This document shows positions 1 to 7,777 of a DNA stretch of 64,000 bases, piece after piece (the stretch's first letter is position 1; each line of letters starts with the position of its first letter). Source of the DNA: Flavobacteriales bacterium UBA958 (lineage in GTDB: Bacteria; Bacteroidota; Bacteroidia; Flavobacteriales_D; Crocinitomicaceae); assembly GCA_002293045.1 (NCBI GenBank), contig DBCM01000070.1, positions 14,139 to 78,138 of the forward strand. The letters run 5' to 3'. The notes beneath the pieces were generated by a model. That model worked only from the letters and a program-made list of their open reading frames with translations. It was not told the DNA's origin and did no database searches. Both the position numbers and the translations under genes were made by a program.

Positions 1-134
1 TTGAAATCAAACTTTTGGTAATACTAACGATTTGGTATGTTATGAAAGGTTTGTTGCTTACAAAAATAAGTTACCGTCAATGGTTATTGACAATACAAGT
101 ATGAAACTAACTACAAGCATTTAAAACGATAAAA

Positions 135-680
135 ATGATTGACGAAAATGAAAAAGACTTTTTGAAATTCTACATGGAGCAAACATGGGAAGAAATGCGC
201 CATATTGAAAACATGAGAGAAAGAGTGACAATTCTTGTCGTCACAGTCGCTTCAGCAATTGCGGGATTCATTATTCAGCAGAAATTTTCAATTGAAACAA
301 AACCTTTCGTTTGGTTTGTTATTATCCTTGGTGTTTTTGGTCTTTTAATGACACTTAAACTCTTTCAAATTCATCAAATGTCTCAAAAACGACTGAACAA
401 ATGGTATATTTATTTGGAAAGCTTTTGTGGAAATGATCCAAAAATATTAAAGCTACGAAGACAAGCTGATGTGGAGAACAAAAAAGATTTCTTTTACATC
501 GTTAAAATTCCTCACAATTATTTTTGGAGTGCTATTCATCTTTTCATCTTTGGGTCTGGCTTCTTTTTACTTACAATGTATCCAAAACCAACTTCGACAA
601 GAATGGAACGTCATTGCATCCATTCAACAATTTCGACAAGCATAAATAAAACAATCGTTAACATAAGTAAAATAAAATAA
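135..680 (+). CDS. small integral membrane protein (3 predicted TM helices); partner of the downstream TIR-like gene
   Basis: 181-aa ORF with hydrophobic helices VTILVVTVASAIAGFII, FVWFVIILGVFGLLMTL and FWSAIHLFIFGSGFFLL. An amphipathic charged N-terminus (EKDFLKFYMEQTWEEMRHIENMRER) precedes TM1. The TAA stop at 678-680 lies 1 nt before the next ATG. No family recognised. Confidence 0.6.
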   Translation: MIDENEKDFLKFYMEQTWEEMRHIENMRERVTILVVTVASAIAGFIIQQKFSIETKPFVWFVIILGVFGLLMTLKLFQIHQMSQKRLNKWYIYLESFCGNDPKILKLRRQADVENKKDFFYIVKIPHNYFWSAIHLFIFGSGFFLLTMYPKPTSTRMERHCIHSTISTSINKTIVNISKIK

Positions 681-681
681 T

Positions 682-1251
682 ATGGCAAATAGAACTGGAA
701 ACTACACTGCATTTTATGTAGCTGAACCATTCAACGAATCGAATCTTGGAGCAAATGCAACAAGAGACTTCGTTACTTACAACCAGCTTAAAGCATGGAA
801 AGGGCTTGATTCTTCATTCCCCTTTGTTGATTCCCATGCAAAGAATTATAATGTTCGTGAAAGCAGTAATTGGGAGACAACATTAAAACCTAGACTTCGT
901 GACCGACTTAACATGTCAAAAAATATCATTCTTGTTCTAAGCTCGATTACAGTAAACTCAAGAGCATTAAGAGAAGAAATTGACTGGGGAATAAATACCT
1001 GCGGACTACCCATTATCGTGATATATCCAGAATACAAGGAAAAGAGCGATATAATAGATTGCGACAATAAAGAAATTAAACAACAGATAAGAAATCTTTG
1101 GAACAAATTACCAATTTTCAGAGACTCTATGAGCAAGGTTCCAACAATTCATATTCATAATAACAAAGCATTAATAGAAAAAACATTAAAAGACCCAGAC
1201 TTCAATGTTGCAACTAAATGTAACGCGGGTTTGTTTCACTACCCATGTTGA
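682..1251 (+). CDS. TIR-like domain protein (DUF1863 / ThsB-like family)
   Basis: N-terminal NRTGNYTAFYVA, then YNQLKAWK..FPFVDSHAKNYNVRESSNWETTLKPRLRDRLNMSKNIILVLSSIT.NSRALREEIDWGI...GLPIIVIY. This is the pattern I associate with MTH538/DUF1863 TIR-like proteins (Thoeris ThsB, plasmid Tir proteins). A Glu sits in the REEID segment where ThsB has its catalytic Glu. Motif recognition only. Confidence 0.6.
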   Translation: MANRTGNYTAFYVAEPFNESNLGANATRDFVTYNQLKAWKGLDSSFPFVDSHAKNYNVRESSNWETTLKPRLRDRLNMSKNIILVLSSITVNSRALREEIDWGINTCGLPIIVIYPEYKEKSDIIDCDNKEIKQQIRNLWNKLPIFRDSMSKVPTIHIHNNKALIEKTLKDPDFNVATKCNAGLFHYPC

Positions 1252-1414
1252 TATTCAGGCTGATGCGTTCATTCTGTATAGGACTGACAAGCTCTTGGAA
1301 GCCAAGTACCAAATGGCTGTAACACGGGTTTTACGTCAGGCGAGGCGACGCGCAAACTTGGAGCATTTTTCGTCTATTCAAGTTTAATGAATAAGTTTTA
1401 TACTACACACAAGT

Positions 1415-1445
1415 AAAGCCGAAGGACATCTTTAGGCTTTTTTTA
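1415..1445 (+). terminator. putative rho-independent terminator downstream of the TM/TIR pair
   Basis: aaagccgaaggacatctttaggcttttttt: an AAGCC/GGCTT stem (extendable with GAAG/CTTT) followed by a T-run. Confidence 0.45.
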
Positions 1446-1496
1446 AGCATTACAATTTTCTCCCAAAATAATTAATCCTGACTCAATTCAGAGGAA

Positions 1497-1541
1497 TTTG
1501 TACTTTTTAGTACATGTACTAAAGATTTTGGTATTTGTACT
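1497..1541. promoter_or_regulatory. cluster of GTAC-centred palindromes / TTTGTACT direct repeats (candidate operator)
   Basis: TTTGTACT occurs at 1497-1504 and 1534-1541. A perfect 12-nt palindrome AGTACATGTACT lies at about 1509-1520, and there are four GTAC cores within 45 nt. The cluster sits in the intergenic region upstream of ORF 1683. Confidence 0.25.
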
Positions 1542-1682
1542 ATTTTATTATTGGCATTGTCGAGTCAAACTTCAGTAAACATTTGATATTAACTTGATTC
1601 AGTATCGTTCAGCCATTTTACAATGAAATATTTCTTTGACCTCATTCATTAATTTTGCGCCGAATCAACATTTAGTGATAAT

Positions 1683-2411
1683 ATGAATAATCTTTTGCCA
1701 TCTGTAACTTGTGTAGCTTGTCATTGTTCTGATACGATGCAACAACCCACTTCCACATCAAATATCTTGAATTACACTCAGAGTTTTGGTGCTATCCATA
1801 ACAATCTGCTAACTCTTTATGGCGAAACATTTCCCGGTTTGATCGGAACCCATGAACAAATTTGGCAATTTATGACTACTGAAACAACAAAGGAGTTAAA
1901 TACAGTCAATCTTCCGGGCGCGAATTTTATTTCGTTTTCAGATGCAAATTCATATGGTGTGAACATTAAATCTTCGCTGAACTTATATCTGAAAGATTTA
2001 CAAAGTCAAGGAATAATTTCACCTACAATCTATGAATTAGTTGATACCATATTATTCATTATCAAAAATTTTGAAAATTCAATGGATGTTTCGTTCAGAT
2101 TAAACTCATTCATAAATAAACATAGTCTAAATCCATCCCTTACACAAAATGATAAAATATCTGTTCTTGGCGCAGCAAATGTTGGACTTTATTCAAACTA
2201 TTTTTGGGATTTTGCTTTGAACAATAGTGATGATCCTTACCATCAAATTGCCTTTGATCTAAATGCCACTGGGAATTTATATAAAATAAAATGGGCAGAT
2301 TTGATTGGTTTTGTTGTCGGGGCAGGAGTTGGAATTGCAGCGGGTCCACTAACAGCAGTATCAACAGGCATAGCCTTGGGAGGTTTTGCTTCAAAGATTT
2401 TTGGAGAATAA
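1683..2411 (+). CDS. hypothetical protein with C-terminal glycine-zipper membrane segment
   Basis: 242-aa ORF (alternative start at M19). The C-terminus GFVVGAGVGIAAGPLTAVSTGIALGGFASKIFGE is a GxxxG-rich hydrophobic tail. No family recognised. Confidence 0.45.
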   Translation: MNNLLPSVTCVACHCSDTMQQPTSTSNILNYTQSFGAIHNNLLTLYGETFPGLIGTHEQIWQFMTTETTKELNTVNLPGANFISFSDANSYGVNIKSSLNLYLKDLQSQGIISPTIYELVDTILFIIKNFENSMDVSFRLNSFINKHSLNPSLTQNDKISVLGAANVGLYSNYFWDFALNNSDDPYHQIAFDLNATGNLYKIKWADLIGFVVGAGVGIAAGPLTAVSTGIALGGFASKIFGE

Positions 2412-2450
2412 TCTCTATATTTGGTTGTATAACCATCTAATACATAAAAA

Positions 2451-3137
2451 ATGAAAAAAATATTCTTCTACTTTTCATTAATTGCAGGCTTTAATGTTCT
2501 AGCTCAAACTGATGTACCAAAAGAATCCGGAAGCGAGATTTATTGGAACATTGGGGCGCATTCACCCTCCATTCAACCGCTCAATGACCTCATTGTCGCC
2601 GCAGGATTTCCAATGCTAAAAACCACCAGTTATTCGGCCGGATTCTCTTATGTGCAATTCAGTAAAAAGGATATCGTTACAGAGCAAGAACTATTCTATT
2701 ACAATTTACAGTCAAAAAATGATTCATTAACATCCAATATGAGAAATATAAGTTATGGCTTCTCATTATTTGGGTACCGGTACATGGATCGTAAAAAATT
2801 AAAAATGTTTTCAACAGTCGGACTTATTTTTAATAATTCCCGAGTAAAAGTGTTTGAAAATCTATCAAACGATAATTCCGTGGCTTCCTATTTATCAGGA
2901 ACTGCCAATCAACATGAAATGAACACATTTAACTACAACTTAAATGGAACTACCCACATCAATTATTACATTTCTTTTAAGAAATCTACAACACAGCTTA
3001 TTTTAGGAGCACGAGCAGCATACTATTTACCACTAACTACCACAAAATGGAGTATGGATAATGCAAAACTTAACAATGGCCCAAAAATTAACCCCGGCGG
3101 TTATGCTGTACATTTAAGTATTGGCATGACTTTGTAG
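2451..3137 (+). CDS. secreted hypothetical protein, possibly outer-membrane beta-barrel-like
   Basis: Signal peptide MKKIFFYFSLIAGFNVLAQ. Aromatic/alternating hydrophobic pattern through the body. No family recognised. Confidence 0.4.
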   Translation: MKKIFFYFSLIAGFNVLAQTDVPKESGSEIYWNIGAHSPSIQPLNDLIVAAGFPMLKTTSYSAGFSYVQFSKKDIVTEQELFYYNLQSKNDSLTSNMRNISYGFSLFGYRYMDRKKLKMFSTVGLIFNNSRVKVFENLSNDNSVASYLSGTANQHEMNTFNYNLNGTTHINYYISFKKSTTQLILGARAAYYLPLTTTKWSMDNAKLNNGPKINPGGYAVHLSIGMTL

Positions 3138-3185
3138 TAAAACAGTCGCTCATTTGAAATACAGTTAGCATAGCCGATCAATACG

Positions 3186-3305
3186 GAGCCGAAACCGAAA
3201 CATCCAAGATATACCTCCGAAGCTTGGCGGAGGTGGATTCCGAAGTTATTTTCTTAACAGCACCCTGAGTAGTCCGAAGGACATATCGAAGGGTGCGGAG
3301 GTGGT
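3186..3305 (+). repeat. structured intergenic repeat, copy A (long form)
   Basis: Shares gccgaaaccgaaacatccaag ... tccgaagttattttcttaacagCACCCTGAGTAGTCCGAAGGACATATCGAAGGGTGcgg with copy C (5263-5346). Core hairpin GCACCCT...AGGGTGC with an inner GTCC-GAAG-GAC stem. Carries an extra cctccgaagcttggcggagg hairpin insert. Confidence 0.7.
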
Positions 3306-3426
3306 TGCCACAAAAACTTCACGTGCCTTTGGTGATGTTAAGTTTAAAAAAATCTTTAATTACGCTGCACTACCCCTCCACGATTTGACCTGCGTTTAGT
3401 TTGAAGTACCCCCTTAAACGTATGTT

Positions 3427-4992
3427 ATGAAAATTCTACCCGCTATTTTATCTGCCCTTCTTGCTTGCTCCGCATGGGCGCAACAAATTTCTTACCTGTC
3501 CTTAGATCACAACAATGTTTCGTGTTTGCTCGACGACGAGGGTGGATTTTTTAACAACTTGCCATCCGGGTTGGCGGGTTATGAAGTCCCTAAACAGAGT
3601 GGATTATCCACCATTTTTGCGGGGTCGTATTGGATGGGAGCGCAAGATGTGAATGGCGCCTTGTACATGTCTGCGGTGAAATACAGTGCGGGAGGCAGCT
3701 GGAGTGCGTTTCATGGTGGACCCATTTCTACTACCCAAGCATACAATACCTTAGCCTACAGCAACCAATACCAAGACGCCATCTGGAAGGTAAGCAAGGC
3801 CGAAATATTGGCCCACCAAGCCAATGTGCAAAACCCAGGGTATGTAGTGCCCCCTGCCATTGCCAATTGGCCAGGCAACGGGGATACCTCACTCGGAATC
3901 GCAGCACAACTTGCTCCCTTTATAGACCTCAACGGGAATGGTCTTTATGAACCATCCCAAGGAGATTATCCCGATATCCGCGGCGACGAGGCCGTTTATG
4001 TTATTACGAACGATGAATCGTATCTACCCGATGGTAACCAATTGGGTATTGAAGTACACGCCATGTTTTACCAATTCCAAACCGCAAACTACCTGAACAA
4101 TACGACCTTTTTGACCCTGCGGGTGTACAACCGAAGCAACCGCACATATTACAATTTTCATGAAGGCCTTTACCTCGACTTTGACTTAGGCAATTATTCC
4201 GATGACTACATCGGATGTGATCCCACCAACCGATTATTGTATGCGTACAACGGTGATGACCTTGACGAATCGGACGGAGGACAACTAGGATACGGTGCAA
4301 ACCCGCCCTGCCAAGGTGTATTGTGCCTTTCACATCCCTTAGAAAGCGCGGGAAGATTAACCGGTGCGATGGATGCAGGCATGAGCACCAGCTTTGATAC
4401 AACGGCATGGTTGCTCATGAACGGACAAAACAGCGATAGCACCAATTGGATGAATCCCTTAACGAATACCAGCACCCATTTTCTGTACGACGGTAATCCC
4501 AACGTACCCAATACATGGAATGAAGCGGCCAGTAATAACAACCCAAGTGACCGAAGGGGAATGTTAAGCATAAAAGAAGCGATCTTACCCCAAGGAGAAA
4601 GCTTTTGCGCTGATTTTGCCTTCATTTACAATCGTTCCGGAAACCGCCTACAGAATGTGCAACAGAACATCTACACGGCAGGGGCCTTACTGACGTGGTA
4701 TGCGCAAGATCAAGTTTTCCCCTGTCAATCGCAGGCGTTTAACAGCCTAACAGAATCAGATCAGGCACTCGAACCCTTACTCCTTTATCCCAACCCGACC
4801 AGTCAACAGCTCACCGTCGCATGGACATCCAAAGACGCTTCTTGCATTGAAATCTTTACCCTACACGGTAAGCTGGTAGAACGCATTCCCATACATGAAC
4901 CCAAGGCTCAAACCCTCGATGTTAGCGGCCTATCGCCGGGCATGTACCTAATCCGTGTTGAAGAACAAACGCAATGCTTACATAAAGAGTAA
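3427..4992 (+). CDS. T9SS-secreted protein (type A C-terminal sorting domain); short paralog of the giant proteins at 40262-44422 and 60507-64000
   Basis: Signal peptide MKILPAILSALLACSAWAQ. C-terminal LLLYPNPTSQQLTV...IEIFTLHGKLV...GMYLIRV is typical of T9SS CTDs. The N-terminal module (NNVSCLL..GYEVPKQSG..IFAGSYWMGAQDVNGALYMSAVKYS) and the central YLDFDLGNYSDDYIGCD...YNGDDLDESDGGQLGYGANPP motif are shared with the two giant paralogs. Confidence 0.8.
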   Translation: MKILPAILSALLACSAWAQQISYLSLDHNNVSCLLDDEGGFFNNLPSGLAGYEVPKQSGLSTIFAGSYWMGAQDVNGALYMSAVKYSAGGSWSAFHGGPISTTQAYNTLAYSNQYQDAIWKVSKAEILAHQANVQNPGYVVPPAIANWPGNGDTSLGIAAQLAPFIDLNGNGLYEPSQGDYPDIRGDEAVYVITNDESYLPDGNQLGIEVHAMFYQFQTANYLNNTTFLTLRVYNRSNRTYYNFHEGLYLDFDLGNYSDDYIGCDPTNRLLYAYNGDDLDESDGGQLGYGANPPCQGVLCLSHPLESAGRLTGAMDAGMSTSFDTTAWLLMNGQNSDSTNWMNPLTNTSTHFLYDGNPNVPNTWNEAASNNNPSDRRGMLSIKEAILPQGESFCADFAFIYNRSGNRLQNVQQNIYTAGALLTWYAQDQVFPCQSQAFNSLTESDQALEPLLLYPNPTSQQLTVAWTSKDASCIEIFTLHGKLVERIPIHEPKAQTLDVSGLSPGMYLIRVEEQTQCLHKE

Positions 4993-5007
4993 GCTTACAC
5001 ACCTAGT

Positions 5008-5060
5008 TTTTCCACGGACCCTGAGTAGTCCGTAGGACGTATCGAAGGGTAAGTGGAAAA
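5008..5060 (+). repeat. structured intergenic repeat, copy B (core only, with its own closing stem)
   Basis: ttttccac-GGACCCTGAGTAGTCCGTAGGACGTATCGAAGGGTAA-gtggaaaa. Same core as copies A and C, closed by an 8-bp TTTTCCAC/GTGGAAAA stem. Confidence 0.65.
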
Positions 5061-5262
5061 GCAAAAAATCTACGCGACGGGTCTATACTTTCTTTTGTCT
5101 TGATACAAAAGAAACAAAAAATCAAGGCACGGGATTGCTTCTTGGTTCGGAAAACTCACAACACATACGATTCCACATCAACCGAGCCATTTCATCCCCT
5201 CCTGAGCCGCTGTTTTGTCAGTGATTTTTCAACTACCTCCAAAAAAACGCGGCTCACTTCGG

Positions 5263-5346
5263 TGCTGAAACCGAAGCATCCAAGTGCCGAAGTTATTTTC
5301 TTAACAGCACCCTGAGTAGTCCGCAGGACGTATCGAAGGGTGCGGG
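5263..5346 (+). repeat. structured intergenic repeat, copy C
   Basis: gctgaaaccgaagcatccaagtgccgaagttattttcttaacagCACCCTGAGTAGTCCGCAGGACGTATCGAAGGGTGcggg. Near-identical to copy A apart from the internal insert. The central loop base of the inner hairpin differs (A/T/C) among the three copies while the stems are kept. Confidence 0.7.
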
Positions 5347-5375
5347 AAAAAAGTAGAGGAAAAAAATCTTTTAAC

Positions 5376-6464
5376 TTACGATTCCAAATCCCCGAACATT
5401 GCCAGTATGGCTGCTTCGTTGGGTTCGCAAACCCCGCGTTCGGTGATTAAGCCCGTAACCAAGCGTGCTGGGGTAACATCAAAGCCGTGATTCACGGCTT
5501 GCGTAGTTTCTGGACAGATTAATACAGGTTCTATAGTTCCCGCAGCACTCTTGCCTATCACATAGCGCACCTCGTCTTGGTTTCGTTCCTCGATCGGAAT
5601 TTCTTTCAATCCATCCCGCACCGATAAATCCAAGGTGGTCGAGGGTAAGGCTACATAAAACGGGATCTTGTTATCGTGCGCTGCCAAGGCTTTCAGGTAG
5701 GTTCCAATTTTATTGGCTACATCGCCATGCCGTGTGGTTCGGTCCGTACCTACAATGACCATGTCCACCATGCCGTGCTGCATCAAATGCCCGCCCGCAT
5801 TATCCACGATTAAGGTGTGCGGAATCCCGTGCCGTGTGAGTTCGTAGGCCGTTAGGTTGGCTCCTTGGTTGCGCGGTCGTGTTTCGTCCACATACACATG
5901 AACGTCAAGTCCTTTTTGTTTCGCCTGGTAAATCGGAGAGGTAACTGTACCCCATTCAATGCAACCCAACATGCCCGCGTTGCAGTGGGTTAATATGTTT
6001 ATGCGCTGACCTGGCTTTTTAGCGGCAAGGGCTTCGATGATGGGTAAGCCATGCACCCCAATGTTGCGGCAGGTTTCTATGTCTTGCTCTACAATGGCTT
6101 GGGCTTCCTCCCAAGCTGTTTGTACTAAATCCTCGGCGCCATCTAAGCGAACTTTCATGCGGTTCAAAGCCCAAAATAGGTTTACGGCCGTCGGCCGTGA
6201 ATTGGCTAAGGCCTCAAAAGCATGATCCATAAAAGATCGGTCGTGATTTCCTTCGATACAGGTGCGAGCCGCTAAATAAATTCCATAGGCTGCAGTGGCT
6301 CCAATTAAGGGGGCTCCGCGAACAATCATGTCTTTTATAGCAGTTTCCGCCTCTTGATAGGTGTGCAGTTTTACCACCACCCATTCGTGGGGTAAAAACC
6401 GTTGGTCTATGACTTCCACATACCGATCTGAAGTCGGCCAAATGGTACGAAATGGACTAGCCAC
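5376..6464 (-). CDS. mtnA: S-methyl-5-thioribose-1-phosphate isomerase
   Basis: 362 aa. VEVIDQRFLPHE...MIVRGAPLIGATAAYG...VGTDRTT..GDVANKIGTY are typical eIF-2B-like MtnA motifs. Confidence 0.85.
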   Translation of the reverse strand: MASPFRTIWPTSDRYVEVIDQRFLPHEWVVVKLHTYQEAETAIKDMIVRGAPLIGATAAYGIYLAARTCIEGNHDRSFMDHAFEALANSRPTAVNLFWALNRMKVRLDGAEDLVQTAWEEAQAIVEQDIETCRNIGVHGLPIIEALAAKKPGQRINILTHCNAGMLGCIEWGTVTSPIYQAKQKGLDVHVYVDETRPRNQGANLTAYELTRHGIPHTLIVDNAGGHLMQHGMVDMVIVGTDRTTRHGDVANKIGTYLKALAAHDNKIPFYVALPSTTLDLSVRDGLKEIPIEERNQDEVRYVIGKSAAGTIEPVLICPETTQAVNHGFDVTPARLVTGLITERGVCEPNEAAILAMFGDLES

Positions 6465-6467
6465 GGG

Positions 6468-7724
6468 TTAGAGGTTAAACGCCGCTTTGATTCGGTCTAC
6501 GTAATCTAGATTTTCCCAGGTAAATAATTCCACTTCCATGGATTTCTTTTCACCGTTCGGCGCTTCAAATACCTTGATTTTCTTTTCGTAATCACGTCCC
6601 ATGTGACCATAAGAAGCGGTTTCTGAATAAATCGGATTTCTTAGTTTCAAGCGTTGTTCAATAAAGTACGGACGCATGTCGAAAATCTCTTCGATTTTCT
6701 TAGCGATTTCTCCGTCTGTCATGTCTACTTTGGATGTACCATAGGTTTCCACAAACAAGCCACACGGCTTAGCCACTCCAATCGCGTAAGAAACTTGTAC
6801 TAATACCTCATCGCACAATCCTGCGGCTACCATGTTTTTTGCAATGTGACGGGTAGCATAGGCGGCGGAACGATCTACTTTCGATGGATCTTTTCCTGAA
6901 AAGGCACCACCACCGTGCGCTCCTTTTCCTCCGTAGGTATCTACAATGATTTTTCTTCCGGTTAAGCCGGTATCTCCGTGCGGACCACCGATTACAAACT
7001 TTCCGGTTGGGTTAATGTGATACGTGATTTGATCATTGAATAGTGCTTGTAAGCTCGGTTTAAGCTTGGCTTTTACTCTTGGAATTACAATTTCTACGAT
7101 GTCCTTTTTAATCTTTGCTAACATGGTAGATTCCTCATCAAAATCGTCATGTTGCGTTGAAACTACGATGGTATCAATGCGTTGCGGCACGTTATCATCA
7201 GAATACTCAATGGTTACTTGAGATTTCGCATCCGGGCGTAAATATGAAATTAACTGCGGTTCATTGTTGCGAATTAAAGAAAGTTCTTGTAGGATTTTGT
7301 GTGCGATATCTAAGGCCAAAGGCATGTAGTTATCGGTTTCTTTGGTGGCATAACCAAACATCATTCCTTGGTCACCCGCGCCTTGATCTTCAGGGTTGGT
7401 GCGTTCAACACCTTGGTTGATGTCGGAAGATTGCTCATGAATGGCAGAGAAAATACCACAAGAATTTGCATCAAACATATACTCAGATTTGGTATACCCG
7501 ATTTTTTTAATCGTTTCCCGAGCAATTTTCTGAACATCAAGGTAAACGTTAGTTTTAACCTCACCCGCCAATACCACTTGACCGGTAGTTACTAAGGTTT
7601 CACACGCCACTTTCGACGTTGGGTCAAACGCCATGAAATGATCAATCAACGCATCAGAAATTTGATCTGCTACTTTATCTGGGTGCCCTTCTGACACCGA
7701 CTCTGAGGTAAATAAATATGCCAT
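6468..7724 (-). CDS. metK: S-adenosylmethionine synthetase
   Basis: 418 aa. [54 protein letters not shown] and [19 protein letters not shown] are canonical MetK motifs. Confidence 0.97.
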   Translation of the reverse strand: MAYLFTSESVSEGHPDKVADQISDALIDHFMAFDPTSKVACETLVTTGQVVLAGEVKTNVYLDVQKIARETIKKIGYTKSEYMFDANSCGIFSAIHEQSSDINQGVERTNPEDQGAGDQGMMFGYATKETDNYMPLALDIAHKILQELSLIRNNEPQLISYLRPDAKSQVTIEYSDDNVPQRIDTIVVSTQHDDFDEESTMLAKIKKDIVEIVIPRVKAKLKPSLQALFNDQITYHINPTGKFVIGGPHGDTGLTGRKIIVDTYGGKGAHGGGAFSGKDPSKVDRSAAYATRHIAKNMVAAGLCDEVLVQVSYAIGVAKPCGLFVETYGTSKVDMTDGEIAKKIEEIFDMRPYFIEQRLKLRNPIYSETASYGHMGRDYEKKIKVFEAPNGEKKSMEVELFTWENLDYVDRIKAAFNL

Positions 7725-7742
7725 TTATAGATTTGTTTTGTG

Positions 7743-7750
7743 CAAAAATA
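7743..7750 (-). promoter_or_regulatory. Bacteroidota -7 promoter box (TAnnTTTG) upstream of metK
   Basis: The minus strand reads TATTTTTG about 18 nt upstream of the metK ATG. Confidence 0.35.
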
Positions 7751-7777
7751 GGGAATTCCCTTGAATTTTAGAGCGCC

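Noticed and set aside
1205-1387. 60-aa ORF overlapping the 3-prime end of the TIR-like gene, as a possible third component of the module.
   Set aside because: It overlaps the TIR CDS by 47 nt in another frame, is Arg-rich and of low plausibility, and lies in a region better explained as structured RNA or a 3-prime UTR.
3260-3296. The repeat core CUGAGUAGUCC...GGAC...CGAAGGG superficially resembles a hammerhead ribozyme core (CUGAnGA - stem II - GAAA).
   Set aside because: The sequence reads CUGAGUA rather than CUGAUGA (the invariant G8/A9 register is broken). No GAAA follows stem II, and no stem III or cleavage-site triplet can be drawn.
3630-4625. Alternative-frame ORFs of 106-139 aa inside the 3427-4992 gene (3630-3950 plus strand, 4004-4408 and 4206-4625 minus strand).
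   Set aside because: They are nested in a CDS with a clear signal peptide, paralog support and a T9SS CTD. Their Arg/Cys/His-rich composition is typical of off-frame translation.
5100-5315. 71-aa ORF in the 4993-5375 intergenic region.
   Set aside because: It starts at a non-ATG codon, has no signal or motif, and its 3-prime half is simply a read-through of repeat copy C.
7725-7777. Expected a SAM riboswitch upstream of metK.
   Set aside because: Only 53 nt separate metK from the upstream gene's stop. That is far too short for any SAM riboswitch class, and no conserved riboswitch core is visible.
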